DNA of 64,000 nucleotides from Eledone cirrhosa (taxonomy: Eukaryota). Position 1 is the stretch's first letter; every line of letters starts with the position of its first letter. Shown here piece by piece: positions 38,948 to 52,800 of this stretch. The position numbers were made by a program, and so were the translations under genes. A model generated the notes under the pieces. The model saw nothing but the letters and a program-made list of their open reading frames with translations. It was not told the origin of the DNA and made no database searches. Location of the stretch: positions 5,332,001-5,396,000 of the forward strand of contig OZ024750.1 of assembly GCA_964016885.1 (NCBI GenBank), in the 5' to 3' direction.

Positions 38948-39699
38948 TAAACCTGGCTAATTACTACATCAACCAGTCTTTTTGACAGGAAAGAAGAGAG
39001 ATAGAAATGGTAAAGGTAATATCTGCCAGCAAAGTTGTAAAAAAAGGACTGAAGCAGGCTTATCATTTATTTAAATATTGGATTAGCAAGCATACTGTTG
39101 ATTCCTCTTTTTTAACAAGTAAAAAGATATGCAACAGCAGCAACAACAACAACAACAGGCCCTGAACGAATTTCTTAATTTCAAATTAAAAGAAATACTC
39201 CATCTGTTTTGGGAAAAACATGTATACATATATATATATATGTATATATAATTAAGGATGTCTCTATACTTACACACCATGTACATATATTGTCTATGTA
39301 CATATAAATGTGCATGTGTGTATACATATATGTCTACATATGAAATGTGCATGTGTATATATGCATCTATATATACACATGCACATGTCTGTGTGTTCGA
39401 ATTAATTTAAATAATTTTTTAAAAAAATTTAAATACATAAAAAATAGATAATACACTTCTTGCCTTATTGTTTTCTGGATCCATGTTTACCAGTTCTACC
39501 ATTGTATTCATGTGTATGGCTATGTCTTCAACAAAGTCAATCTTTACCAGTTCTCCCATTGTATTCACATATATGATTATCTTGCTTCATCCATTACATC
39601 CACTAACCTTTAATTACATTTCTACTAAGATTCCAGATTTATAAATTATAAAAAAAATCTTGAGTACTGCTAACTTTTCCCAACTATTCTATTATAATT

Positions 39700-40062
39700 A
39701 TTAGTCCATAGTCCAGCTACACATTCTATTAGTCCATAGTTTAGCTATTCTATCAGTCCATTGTCCAGCTATTTTACCAATCTATAGTACAGAGTGGCAC
39801 CCTAAAGACTAGCTGCAGCAGTTGTTGTGGGAACACGATTACTTCATTGAATCCAGCTACACATTCTACCAGTCCACTGGCCAGCTATTCTACCAGTCCA
39901 TGGTCCAGCTACACATTCTACCAGTCCACTGGCCAGCTATTCTACCAGTCCACTGGCCAGCTACACACTCTACTAGTCCATGGTCCAGCTACACACTCTA
40001 CTAGTCCATGGTTCAGCTATTTGTTATATTAATCTATTGTCCAGCTGCTTGTTCTACCAGTC
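39700..40062. repeat. 24-29-bp degenerate minisatellite downstream of the mitoferrin stop
   Basis: TTCTACCAGTCCA(CT/TG)G(G/T)CCAGCTA(CACA) units in two blocks. Confidence 0.9.
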
Positions 40063-40460
40063 ACCTCTATTTAGTTGCTTAATCTGCTGGAAATAGCAGC
40101 TGAAATTTCAGATCACATTCTAGCATCTTAAAGGACACATTGGTTAATGTATTATATACGCTAGACTGGAAAAAAATAGTATAGTCAACCATGGAGTGTT
40201 AAATCTGGGTTAACTTGGCCATAAACAACTGGTCCAATACACATTTGGCAGGTATAGAAAATTGTAAACAAATGGAATATTTCTTACAATTTTTGGTAAA
40301 TCTGCTCATATCTCAAGATGTGTATATATTATATATATGTGTATATATAATATATCCACAGTAGGTCAATAGGTCTCTTGTTGGTAAGAGAAGCCAGCAA
40401 AAATGGACCTGTATCTTAAAAAGAAAGATTAACAACATGCAGATCAGTTTAACCCTGTGT

Positions 40461-40897
40461 GTTGTTGGTGTACACACAAGCAGCTAATGGAACATGTCCC
40501 CTGTCTGTTGTTGGTGTACACACAAGCAGCTAATGGAACATGTCCCCTGTCTGTTGTTGGTGTACACACAAGCAGCTAATGGAACATGTCCCGTCTGTTG
40601 GTGTACACACAAGTAGCTAATGGAACATGTCCCCTGTCTGTTGTTGGTGTACACACAAGCAGCTAATGGAACATGTCCCCTGTCTGTTGTTGGTGTACAC
40701 ACAAGCAGCTAATGGAACATGTCCCGTCTGTTGGTGTACACACAAGCAGCTAATGGAACATGTCCCCTGTCTGTTGTTGGTGTACACACAAGCAGCTAAT
40801 GGAACATGTCCCCTGTCTGTTGTTGGTGTACACACAAGCAGCTAATGGAACATGTCCCGTCTGTTGGTGTACACACAAGTAGCTAATGGAACATGTT
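40461..40897. repeat. 46-bp minisatellite x10 with a 133-bp higher-order period
   Basis: TGTTGTTGGTGTACACACAAGCAGCTAATGGAACATGTCCCCTGTC; every third junction lacks 5 nt. Confidence 0.97.
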
Positions 40898-41393
40898 CCT
40901 ATGCAAAGAATAATGTTTGTGTTGCTGTTCCAATGCTTGCTTAGTTCAGGCTATTGCATATCCTTGTTTTGGTATGTCTCAGTTGTGATATGGTGGTTTG
41001 GTTGCACTGTGTATGTCTGCTCTCAGCTATAGTTGCCATTTGCTACCATCCAATAATGTTTGGAGTATAGAGAGCTTTTGGACCTGCAGTTGTCTGCTGC
41101 CTATGTTTGTGTTTGCCACAAAACAGCTAATCTCGTAGTGAACAGCTAACAGGGAACTCATACATACCAGCGGGACCCCTTTACCATATTTCTAATAAAA
41201 ATATACTGTCTTTGTGTTTTAATTATCAAAATAATCATTTATTAAGAGTTTTAGCTAATTTCTCGGCATGGTCTGAATCTGATTCACAAGTAAATTTGTT
41301 TAAAATTGCATACCTGAAGTATATATTTATATATACTTTTGTTCTACCAGATCAGATCATAAACATTTGTTCAGGCATATATTGGTCAGAGGT

Positions 41394-41581
41394 TTAATCC
41401 CTTAGCATTTAAACTTGCTATTTCCTCACCTCTTTCTGTTCAAACTGGCCATAACCACTTGCTAATACTTATGTTAAGGTATTGTTCTCAAAATCTCGTA
41501 GATTTGATATTATGTGAACTTAAGTGTTTACTGTGAAAATACAATAGCAAATATAGAGTAGTGTAAATGCTAAAGGGTTAA
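41394..41581. mobile_element. piggyBac-type MITE, internally deleted copy
   Basis: TTAA flanks and family termini. Confidence 0.75.
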
Positions 41582-44500
41582 TGTCTGTTTTCCTTGCTAG
41601 CAAAGATTGGATAAGTACATTTTTATTGTGGAACCAACATAAGGGAGGTTGTTGTTTTTTTGACATGGCTGAATAGTCCTCCCAACTCTGATAAGTTTTT
41701 CTTATATATATTCTTCTATAGAGGCAGCTAAAATCTGAATTCCAAGTCTCCTTCATTTTATACAAGCCAATGAAGGAACCTCTACATGTTTGACTTACTA
41801 GATATAGCAGCCAAATCTTCCCCTAAAAAGATGTGCTGGTTATAGTTGGGGGATACTTTTAATGATAGGTCTGTCATGGGGCTAAATAACACCAATTACT
41901 ATTTTATTTAATTCAGATAAAATCTGAAAATCCCTCAGCTTGTTAGTTATTCTATATGTGACACCCAACATTGTAAATTTCCATCTCAAGGCTGTCTGTT
42001 AATTCTATAATTACCTCATTTCATGTGGATAACCTACATGATAATCTTTGACTTTCATTTCATACGTTTATGAATTAAATAGTTTTAACATTTAAAAATA
42101 ATAAAAAAAAAGATGAATAACATTTTAGCTTTATGTAAATTATATTTACATAAATATAAAATTACATTGATAACCTGTTGGAAGATACCGGTGTTGGTAG
42201 TGTAGGAGAGCTCAGAACGGTGATGATAGAGAGTTTTGGAGGGCATGTATAAAGATGGGTGACCTGGCAGTTGGTCTAGATAGATTATCTTTATTCTTCA
42301 ATTTCTTATCTTCAGCTCATTTTCATAAATTCTGTTCTGTTTTTCTTTAGCTACAGAATCTTATAAAGAATTTGGCAGATACTACGTCCCTGTGTTAGTG
42401 CTAATAAATGATTAAAGTTCGTGAGTTCGCTTAACCTTACACTTCTGGTAATGTTTAAATATATATAGGCCTTCATTAAACTACAGTAAATCTTTATTTA
42501 AATAAAGATGAGATAATGTTCTTTTCTCTGCCATAATTTGAAGATATTGATAGTGAAAAATGTCACTCTTATTGGATTGAATAAATAAGAATGATAACTT
42601 TCTTGTATACATACACACTTTCTAGCAGACAGGCAGGTACCATTTTTGTTGATATCTAGATTTTGCCCAAATATTTCAGTGTATTAAAAGAGTAAGTCTG
42701 AGAATGGAGCCATTTTTGTTTGTTTGCTAAACAACTTGCTCAGATAATCCTCTGCTTTTCCTGTGACATTTCAGCATTATTTTAACTCTCTTGTTTTTAC
42801 CTGTCAGTTTGTTGCATTTGAAATTTAGGGAAAAGGTGGGGGTGAAATATAAAAAAAATAAAAAATTTGAAATTTAGGGAAGAGGTGGGTAAAATATTAA
42901 AAAACAAAAACAATTTAAAACCCCTAATAGGATTATTGTTATCATTTTCTTGTTCAATTTGATTCTCATTTGGAAGTTTATTTTTTTTTAATAAACACTG
43001 AAGATTCAAGGAATTAAACCAGTGTAGTTCTTAAATTCAGTATATACTATTGTGTGTATGTATATAATACTGTGTCTGTCTATTATATTTTGTGTGTGTA
43101 TATAACACTGTGTCTATATCATATTTTCTGTGCATATATAGAATATTGTGTGTGTATGTATACAATATGGTGTGGGTATATATATGTTTGTGTGTATACA
43201 TGTATATAATATTGCCTGTGTGGGTATATGTGTATAATACTGTGTCAGCTTGTACATTGTGTGGTTACCACTTTACTCATTGTTGGAAGAGACTCTTCAC
43301 CCTGAACAATCCTGTCAGGTGGTTGGTGTTACGAAGGACATCCCACTGTACAAACCGTGCCAGGTATGAACAAGACAGGTTGTTTTGACCTGTCCAACTC
43401 TTGTCACCATGGAAAGTGACATAAGCACGATGATGATCAAAGGAAGGGCATGAGTTAGGAATGGTAGATTCTTCACTCTCCACACAACAATTAACCCTTT
43501 TCATGACTGCATTTCTATTTTAATTAATTAACTAAAATTATTAAATATTTCATTACTAAGATAGTAACTTCATGTAAGGTTCTAGAAAATTATGTTGTAA
43601 GATTTTAATTTAGATTGGAAACCTTTAAAATAGGTGATTTTATTTCATAGAACCAGAGCTGGTTTCGTAACTAAAGGGTTAATGTGTATACAGAACATTA
43701 CTCTCATCATCATCATCGTTTAACGTCCATGTTCCACGCTTGCATGGGTTTGGACGAGAGTTTTCCCACTTGAGGCAAGAGTGGTTGTCTTGGATGGGGT
43801 TATGTTAGCCATCTGCGGCCGAAACAAGCTCATGTGCTGATATCCATCTTTTCCCATTCAGTGGGTTTACATGCTTCCATTATTGGACTATATTTTAGTC
43901 AATGGTACAGTGACGCTTCTATTTCAATTACTTTTTATTTTAGAGAGGGGGGGGGGGCATGCTTAATGTTCTTCTGAAGAGTGTTAAGTGAAATGAAACA
44001 TTCCTATCAGTAAAGTGGTCGTGTATGTGTCATGACAAAAAGCACCCAGCACACACTGTAAATGTGGTTGGTGTTAGGAAGGACATCCAGCCATAGAAAC
44101 CAAGCCAAAACCAGTCCTGTATGAGCAAGTCATGGTCATCCGACCTGGTTTGTCTTACAAGCTGTTTTGTATCAGAACCAAGGCAGTTTGCTCACAAATG
44201 GATTAAGGGAAAGAAAATATTGCAAATGAAATCTTCATTACCATTATTCCAAAGAGCTGGTTGAAAGAGAATACTGCAAGTGTATATCAGAATTCTATAA
44301 ATTTATATTACGGTGGTGATGATGACCTAGCCTAGGATTGCATCATTAAAATATATATAAAAATAGAAAAAAAAGCCAAGTCTATTTCCTGTTAGGAAAT
44401 GGTAAAAATATAACAAGTGTATTATACTGATATTTTAGAACATGGGTGAAGGCATAGCCTTGCAGTTAAAGAACTTGTTTTGTATATATGTCTGTTTTGC

Positions 44501-44857
44501 TGACTGATTGGGTTACAGGAAAGTGGGAAAGTTTGTTTAAGTAAAAGGGGTTTTTAGTTAAGAAACCAGAACTGCTAGTCCTATATTTTGTAATTCCTTG
44601 ATCGGAGTACCACAAGAATCATTTCACACGGTTTTATTAATTTTCCACAAACACTCGAAACATGAACAGCCTAGCCAACAAGGAAGCCATTATAGGGTTG
44701 CTTGTTCTGCTGAAAATACCAGCTAAATCTCGTATCACATCTTGAAAAATAAAATCATCAGAGACAAAACTGGAGAATTGCAGCATGGATAAAAACAAAA
44801 TCAGTGATATAAACGAAATAAGGGGGTGAGAATATGGTGTGGTAAATAAATATATAC

Positions 44858-45183
44858 ACATGGCTTAGTGGTTAGAGCATTGGCCTTGCAATCGAAAGGT
44901 TGTGAGTTCAATTCTCAGACCAGGTGATGTGTTGTTTCCTTGAGCAAGACACTTTATTTCACATTGCTCCAGTTTACTCAGCTGTAGAAATGAGATGATA
45001 GGGACTGGGGTCCCTATCATTCCACTACAAAGTGGTCGTGGAGGTGCCACGGCAAAAAAGCACCCAGCACTCACTGTAAATGTGGTTGGTGTTAGAAAGG
45101 GCATCCAGCTGTAGAAATCAAGCCAGAATCAGTTCCCGTCCCACTCTTGCAAGCAGGGAAAAGCGGACATAAAATGATGATGA
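44858..45183 (+). mobile_element. tRNA-derived SINE family B with RTE-type 3' tail
   Basis: A-box TGGCTTAGTGG, B-box-like GAGTTCAATTC, core TTGAGCAAGACACTTTATTTCAC, body AAAGCACCCAG..ACTGTAAATGTGGTTGGTGTTAG, tail GGAAAAGCGGACATAAAATGATGATG. Related heads at 8512-8815(+), 20340-20630(-), 31880-32065(-), 51440-51595(-). Confidence 0.8.
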
Positions 45184-45764
45184 AATACACCAGGTCTGAA
45201 CATAATGGAACCAAACTCCCACTGTCCCCCATCTTTCACTATTATAAGTAAATGGAGGCCCAGAAAACCAACTATCACTATTGATTACAAACAGCAATAT
45301 AAAATAATGTATTTATTTGGCAAGTAAACTGATTTGAGACTGCTGAAACTATAGTATCTATTTATAATAGAATGCTGTTACAACCACCACTCAACTTTCA
45401 GTTGAATTAATCACAGTATTTTAAGAGGTAGAATGTAATGTAGGTGGTAATATACAAAAGCATGACATCAGAGTCAACAATCTAGTTACCATAATCACCC
45501 AGTTAGTACAAATAATATACAGAATACTCCCAGAGAAATGTTAGTTGATATTTTATATATATCAGCAGTAAAGTAATATAGAAAATTCAAAAAGAGAAGG
45601 ATGTAAACAAATGTGGTCTGGTTTCAATAGGATTAGAATCCAGAGTCAATAGAGATCAGGAAAATGAAATTATATATACTGTATATATTTATGTATTAGT
45701 TGCATTGTTCTCCACAAAATTATGACTTGAAAATCCAGGATGTGGAAAGGAGAGACTTATACAT

Positions 45765-46150
45765 GAGGTAAGGTGGTAATGCTGGTGCCATGATGGAAAA
45801 AACCCTACCTATTCCACTCTATAACGTGGTAATACTGTTGCCATGATGAAAAAAACCCCACCCCGTCCACTTTGTAAGGTAGTAGTGGTGGTGCCATGAT
45901 AAAAAAAACTACCTATTCCACTCTGTAAGGTAGTGCTGGTGCCATGATGAAAAAAAAACCTACCTTGTCCACTGTAAGGCTGCCATGATAAAAAGCACCC
46001 AGTCCACCCTGTAATATACTAGTGATAGTGCTGCAATAAAAAGGAATCTATTCCACCCTGTAATGTGGCAGGGTTGGTGTTACAATAAAAAGCATCCAGT
46101 TCATCATGCAATGTGTTAGTGCTGGTGCCAGGAAAGGGCAAAAATGCACA
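45765..46150 (+). repeat. Degenerate about 50-bp tandem array derived from a SINE family B internal motif
   Basis: GGTGCCATGAT.AAAAA.CACCCAGTCCAC.CTGTAA units, about 7-8 copies. Confidence 0.75.
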
Positions 46151-46579
46151 CTCGCGTGTATACATCATCCTTTTGTTCCTGTTTTTCTATACCTGCATGG
46201 GTTGGATGAATCTTTTTCAGCACAGCCAGTCATGAAGTTCAACAATTTTGAAATCAGCTCTACCCCTACCCAGGTTTTCCTCCGTCATCCTCTATTGCAG
46301 CTCCTGGAACTTCTTCACTTAGTGATCATCCATATGCATCACATTCCATGACAGTGCAATCTTCTCTCTTCCACACATCTGATTCCTCTTATATCCACGT
46401 TTATATAATACATATTGCTCAAGTGCAATGTACCCTTCTATATCCATATAAACCAGTGGAAGGGGGTAGAAGCAGACCAAGAAAGACCTGGGTAGAGGTT
46501 GTGAGTGCCTTCAAAATGTTAGGCTTTCAATGAACATTATTTTGTTTTGATGGATTTATGACAACATATGTGCCACATT

Positions 46580-46748
46580 AGTGGATTAGCAGTATCGGTA
46601 AAGCATTGGATAAAATGTTTTGTGGTCTTTTTAGTTCCGAGTTCAAATCCCGCCGAGGTTAACTTTGTCTTTAATCCTTCAGTGTTCAATATAATCGACT
46701 TCCTCTCCTCCTCCCCCAAATTGCTGGTCTTGTGCCTAAATAAAAAAT
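46580..46748 (+). mobile_element. SINE family A copy
   Basis: GTGGATTAGCAGTATCGGTA...GAGTTCAAATCCCGCCGAGG...GGTCTTGTGCCTAAA. Confidence 0.8.
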
Positions 46749-47524
46749 CACCAAGATCACAAGAACTGTAAGTTATTCAACACCGACTGGTCTTCAGAAT
46801 TGACTTAAAAAAACGTAAATCAATTTTATTCCTGAACCTATTTTAGTATAATACCCCTCAGACAGATGTAAAATATGTCTATCCATTCACCCATTTTTCC
46901 ATTATTTAACTGTTTATCCCTCTTCCTGTTTATTATACGAAGAATGTATATATAAAAAAGAATCTTTGAAAAGCTATATTTATATTTTTAACTGTTGGTC
47001 AATCAATAAACTATTTAGCTAAATAATTTATAAAAATATAAAAATACACTGAAGCGAAAATCAAACCAAACTGTTTTACTATATTTTTCTGCCAATATTA
47101 GAACATGACGCTCCCCAAATACAACAATAAAAAAAAATACTGTTTTCTATATTCGCCCCAAAGCTTTGTTTGAATATAAACACATTTATATAGTTATAAG
47201 ACAAAAAACAAGTGAAGGCGGTATTCCAGCATGGCCACAGTCTAATGTAGCATTTCTCAACATGTTTACCATTGTGGAACCTTTTTAAAAATAGTTTTCA
47301 TGTCACAGAGACTTCCTCTGCATATATAAAAATATATTATTATATATCAATATTAAATATCGATCTCTTTTAGTTTATTTTTCACTATTTCTTCTCGCCG
47401 AACTCTAGGGTGCCTAAAGAACACCGGGGTAATGACTGAAACCTGTACAAGAAAAATATTTTCTTTTTCTTTCTCTCGCTTTGATCATATATTTTGAATG
47501 ACAAAGGAAGGGGGACAATTAACT

Positions 47525-47907
47525 ACTAAGTGTGATCATCGGCCGCACTTCACACCTTGGGGGTTAACTATACACTTTCAAGCAAGCCAACACGCTCGCA
47601 GCATTACCACGGGTGATGGCGAGGCTAATGCGCTGAAATAACCAGGCAACACATGACACTTTAGTAAGGCCGGGTGATGGCGGGGTTAAGGCTCTGAAAT
47701 AACCAGGAACCCTCACAGGCAACACATGACACTTCAGTAAGGCCGGGTGATGGCGAGACTAAGGCTCTGAAATAACCAGGCACCCTCACAGGCAACACAT
47801 GACACTTCAGTAAGGCCGGGTGATGGCGGGACTAAGGCTCTGAAATAACCAGGCACCCTCACAGGCAACACTTGACACTTCAGTAAGGCCGGGTGATGGC
47901 GAGACTA
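47525..47907 (-). mobile_element. CRE-like 3' end carrying a 73-bp tandem array
   Basis: AWLFQRISLAITRGNAASVLAC on the minus strand, plus 73-bp units starting at 47668, 47741, 47814 and 47887 (last partial). Confidence 0.8.
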
Positions 47908-49022
47908 TAGTCATAACACAGAAATAAGTAAGACGTGAACATCTAGACATGTTAGAAAAATAAGTGTATTATGTACATAAATTCATTTTAAAGGAAATAA
48001 TAAAAAAAAAAAATGGAATAATAATGAAGATTATTTTACAAGATTTTTAGAATGTTAAAAATTTATCATCAAAAGAAAATTTAACTATATTTTCTTTGTT
48101 ATATTTACAGTTCTTCTATTTGAACAAGATATTTATATATATATAGGTTATTATGTCAATTGTAGCATGAGAAGTCAGTTAACTACACAAGGATGTGTGG
48201 TGTGTAGAAGCAAAATAGCCGAGAGGAAGTAGTATTGATTAAATTAAGGCGGCAAATACTTTATCTTCAGGTATTTTGTTGTTTTGCGGCATTGCTGTCT
48301 AAAATAGGTTCCAATAGTCTCCAGGGGAGTGTTAACAGCTTCAACCGACGACGTCCTATCCATGAGATATGTCTCTCTCATCTGTTCACACAGAACATTG
48401 AGATAATTACCAACTCCAAGAGTCTCGTACACAGTAATCATTGTTTAGGATATTAATAAACAATAACAAGAGAGGGAACAACAAAGAGATTTGGTTGTTA
48501 GTATTAAATTGTGTGTGTGAGTGTATATATATGTGTGTGTGTATGAGTACACTTCGCACGAATATGGTAAAAATTAGTAACCGACCGCTATAAGTTAATC
48601 ACTAGTTTCGTCTAATTATACTTAAAATAGATTACAAAAGTGCATAAACAACTCAGAATTATATATACATACACACTTAACTAAAATTATTAATATTTTT
48701 AAATTCAGCTTATTTTATTATAAATACTGACTTAATAATTTGGCTATTGTAGACTGTTTTTGCGTTGTATGTAGAAACGTGTGGTGCAAGTGTTTAGTTC
48801 TCTATTATATAGTTTCATTTATTTACCTATTATTATCTGTCAATACTTAAAAAAAAAAAAACGCCAAACAATTTATATTATGATGTTATTTCAAAAGTGT
48901 TGTCCATAAAATAATTCTACAGATTTATTACTCATTTTTACCAAAATACTGCGAGACTGGGCACCTTACGTATATGTGTGTGTGTGTGAAGGGTGAGATG
49001 GATAGATAGAGAGGAAGCATGA

Positions 49023-49808
49023 CTACAAAACTGAAGACGAGTTGTTAGCTTCTTCTTCCAAACAATTATTCCATAGTAGTTTCCACTGGGATGGTTCAGT
49101 TTTGTATATTTTACTTACACACTGTAATACATCCTTCTTCTGAAGTTCTTTCTCAGCTCTAAATCCCCAGTGGAATTCATACTGAATTGGTTCACTGTTG
49201 CTTTGACGAACATATTCCAAATAGTATTGGCGAACGAATTCTTCGGTTAGTAACTTCTTCACATCGCCAAATACTTCGTGGTGTACTTCAGGATCAACAT
49301 CAAGTTTCCGAAGTGCCTTCCACAGGTCTGAATCGGATATCACACCACCGTTCATGTATATAATAGCCAGAACGTTAAAAAGAAGACCAAGTTTAGCCGA
49401 TTCCTCTTCACCGGAAACCAAATTAATGTTTTTGTTAATATCGCTTCTGTTGGTAATTAAAATGTAGCGTCGTTTTTTTAATTTATCTTCGAATTCAATA
49501 AGTTTGGCCCCAAACACTGATTGAAGCATTTCACGGGACCTTTTGAGAATTACATTAAAGTTTTTTTTTTGTTCTTTTAATATGTGATTATTGATGTCAA
49601 TTTTACGAACTGGTATCTTTTTCTGATCTGCAATCAATAAATATTGAACTAGTTCAATGGCTTTACGTTCCAACTCTTCGGATTCGGCTGTCGAATCATT
49701 CCGAGTAGAATTTTGTTCGTATACCTGAGAATTAGAGGGGTTTTTAGATTTGGACGAGCAAGACGGCATTGGATGTGATTTTTGAGTATTAGCTGAAACT
49801 TTCGGCAT
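49023..49808 (-). CDS. NSMCE3: MAGE-homology-domain protein, NSE3/NSMCE3 (SMC5/6 subunit)-like; single coding exon, 261 aa
   Basis: LVQYLLIADQKKIPVRKIDI...GLLFNVLAIIYMNG...LWKALRKL...HHEVFGDVKKLLTEEFVRQYYLEY...YEFHWGFRAEKE are MAGE domain motifs; in-frame TGA upstream of the ATG. Confidence 0.93.
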   Translation of the reverse strand: MPKVSANTQKSHPMPSCSSKSKNPSNSQVYEQNSTRNDSTAESEELERKAIELVQYLLIADQKKIPVRKIDINNHILKEQKKNFNVILKRSREMLQSVFGAKLIEFEDKLKKRRYILITNRSDINKNINLVSGEEESAKLGLLFNVLAIIYMNGGVISDSDLWKALRKLDVDPEVHHEVFGDVKKLLTEEFVRQYYLEYVRQSNSEPIQYEFHWGFRAEKELQKKDVLQCVSKIYKTEPSQWKLLWNNCLEEEANNSSSVL

Positions 49809-52800
49809 ACTTCTTAAGAATCGCGGCAGAATTCAGCTCAGCTCATTCTTCTCTTCAATTCGAGAGTGCAATTAAAGGGAACTAAATCTAGCACGACTCT
49901 TAGTCCCAACAAATTATTCTGAGCCACGAGAAAAGTCTCTGTACATGGTTGTTCGAATTCCAAGAAATAACACACAAATATCTTTCAAATTACTTCGATA
50001 CCGTCTTTATAGAGAAGGAAACAATAGATTGGACCAAGTCTGAATAAAAAGGAATGCTTTACTTATAGGTCATTTCTAACAAGAGTAATCGTGTGTTAAC
50101 AACACTAGTATAGGTTTTAATAATATTTTTCCTCAAAATAATACAGTAGAGATTTATCTATAAAAACTAGATATTTCTCCATAGTTGTGGTAATATTATA
50201 ATATATATTTAAAATAATACATAAATACGATGTTACTAGTCGATACTAACAAGACTAAGTACTTGATATCTTAAAGATGTAGATTTGACAATCTTAGATA
50301 TGACTCCGTATATATATATAATCACCGTTTAATGTCTAGCATAGGTTAGACGAGTTAGATTGGGTGACCATATCTTGCTCATACATAACTGTTTATGGGT
50401 AGGCTTCTATAGATGGATGCCCTTTCTTACGCCAACTACATTTACAGTGTGGACTGGGTGCCTCTATCGTGGCAACAAGACGACCAACTGTCAGGTTGGA
50501 CTGGACACTTTTTCATTGTCATCAGCATAATCACCACACAGGGTGCTGTATGTCGTGTCACCAACACGCCCACTTTACAGGGTGGACAGGGTACTTTTTG
50601 TCGTGTCAGCAACGATTGGTTGCCTCCCCTGTTTACCACTTTTCAAAAATTTGAATGAGTTTGTTTAGCACAACTGAATGAAATGTAATCAGAAGCCTTT
50701 CTGTTATTTTATTTTAGCTGTTTGTGAAATTTATGCATTGCAAAAAATATTCCTTCTTTCCTTGCTTTCTTTTTATGTCATAAATAGTTGTAAAACTGGT
50801 CTTCCTTTTTTTCAATGTAAATTTTTTTGCTAGGAGAAATAAGGGGGCGCAACTCACTCTTGTTATTTTTTTTAAAGATCGTGTTTACTCAGTATTTGTC
50901 AAGTATTTTACTTTATTGTTCTCAGAAAGATGAAAGGCAAACTTGAACTTGGAAAATCTGAACGGAGAATGTAAAAAGGTAGTACTAAATACTGTAAGCA
51001 CTGATATAATAGACATGAAGTTATGTTCCTAAATTCCTGGAGTCATGGGAGAACGATCCTTATACACGACTTGGGCATCTTAAACTTAATGGAACCCATA
51101 CCTCTCTAGGTCGGAACACTGCCAATTTCTCGCAGAGCGTGAGAGAATCAATCTTAGTTCTGGACTGGTATTTTTATTTCTCGACCTCAAAGGATGAAGG
51201 GCAAAGTTGACCCCAGCGGAATTTGAACTTAGAGCGCAGTGAGTTGGAACAAATACTGAAGTATGGTTAATCCACTGTCCTAATGAATGTTTTACCAACA
51301 CCACCACCACAACCACCTCTCACCCACAACACCAGCAGCACTGACCTGTTTAGTCTTATACCATTGTAACCAGTCCAACCCATGCTAGTGTGGAAAGTGG
51401 ACATAAAATGATGATGACAGTGCACTAGAGAAATTGTAAACAATTGTAAATCGATGAGGATAGATCGACTTTCGTCAAATCGGACCGAGGAAACAATGTT
51501 TCCGTTGGTCTTTCCAGATAGAAGAAGCAACGTGAAATAAAGTGTCTTGCTCAAGGACATAATGCATCGCCCGGTCCAGGAATCGAACTCACAATAAATC
51601 GATGAAAGAAATAAAATAAAATAATCTTTGTTTTTTGGTTAACAATATTTTATTCAGTAATATCTCATAACACCTTTAAGAGAAAGAAAAAGTCATCTGT
51701 CCGCGATTTATGCTGTGCAGCTGCAAGAGCTCCAGTGTACAAAAAGTTTACCTTAGTAAGGAAAACCGATGCTTCTCTATTTAAAAAGAAAAACTGATTT
51801 AAAAATAAAAAAATAATAATCATAGTTTCAAACATTGAAATTTGCTGCACTTGAATAAACTGAATAGAAAAAAAAAATAAATAAAAATAAAAAATAAAAT
51901 AAAATGATAATTAAAAATATTACACCAGTTATGGACAGCCCTCTGCATGTGTAATTATTGAATAAAAAAGGTAGAAACTGGAAGGAAAATAAAAGAGGTG
52001 TAACAAAGAACCAAATGGTTTGGTAAGTTGGTAATAGTAAAAGATTAAAAAAGGATAAGAAAGATTAATCTCTCAACATATAGTCAATACCATTGCTAAT
52101 ATTTCCACAAATATAGAGAATATGAACATGTGTGTGTAAATTCATGTATTTGTATGTGTAAATGCATGTATAGATGTATTTGTGTGAGTAGTTGTATTTA
52201 TATGAGTAAATGTATGTATATGTGTGTGAAAATGTAAGTATATGCATGTGTAAATGCAAGTATTTGTATGAGTAAATGTATATATATGTGTAAAAATGTA
52301 TATATTTGTGTGTGTAAATGCATATATGTATATGTGCAAGTTTGATGGGTATAGAAATCAATCGTTTTCTTTTCAAATCAATATAGTTTAATAATGATTT
52401 CTAATTTAGACACGAAACCAGCAGTTAGGGTGAGAGGGAAAAATAGATTATACCAATCCCAATACTTTACTAGTAATTTATTTTATTGACCCTCGAAGGC
52501 TAACAATTCTACCAATCTACCATCCTAATATAGTTTAATAATGATCATAAAAAGAATTTTTGTAAGAAAATGTTAGTTTCTTACGAAAGGAATCCAGTTA
52601 TCAAAAAATTTAATACTAAATCAACAAGTTTAGGGTTACTACTTCTTGTACAATAATAATATATAGTAAAAATAAATTATTTCTCACAATTTGGGGTGCT
52701 ACAAGTTAGCACATTTTCTCCAGTTCCAAACTTTGGCCACAAACCAAGGCAGTACCACCTGTAACACTTCTTTTTCGAGCCAGTTGTTGTCGAGACCACC

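Noticed and set aside
44858-44935. tRNA gene
   Set aside because: A/B-box head runs straight into a multi-copy SINE body; no complete cloverleaf
48235-48456. ORFs downstream of NSMCE3
   Set aside because: No recognisable domain or splice context; probably UTR or intergenic
6866-49808. Functional cluster of RNASEH2A, mitoferrin and NSMCE3
   Set aside because: Genes are 10-18 kb apart in mixed orientations; nothing in the sequence indicates co-regulation
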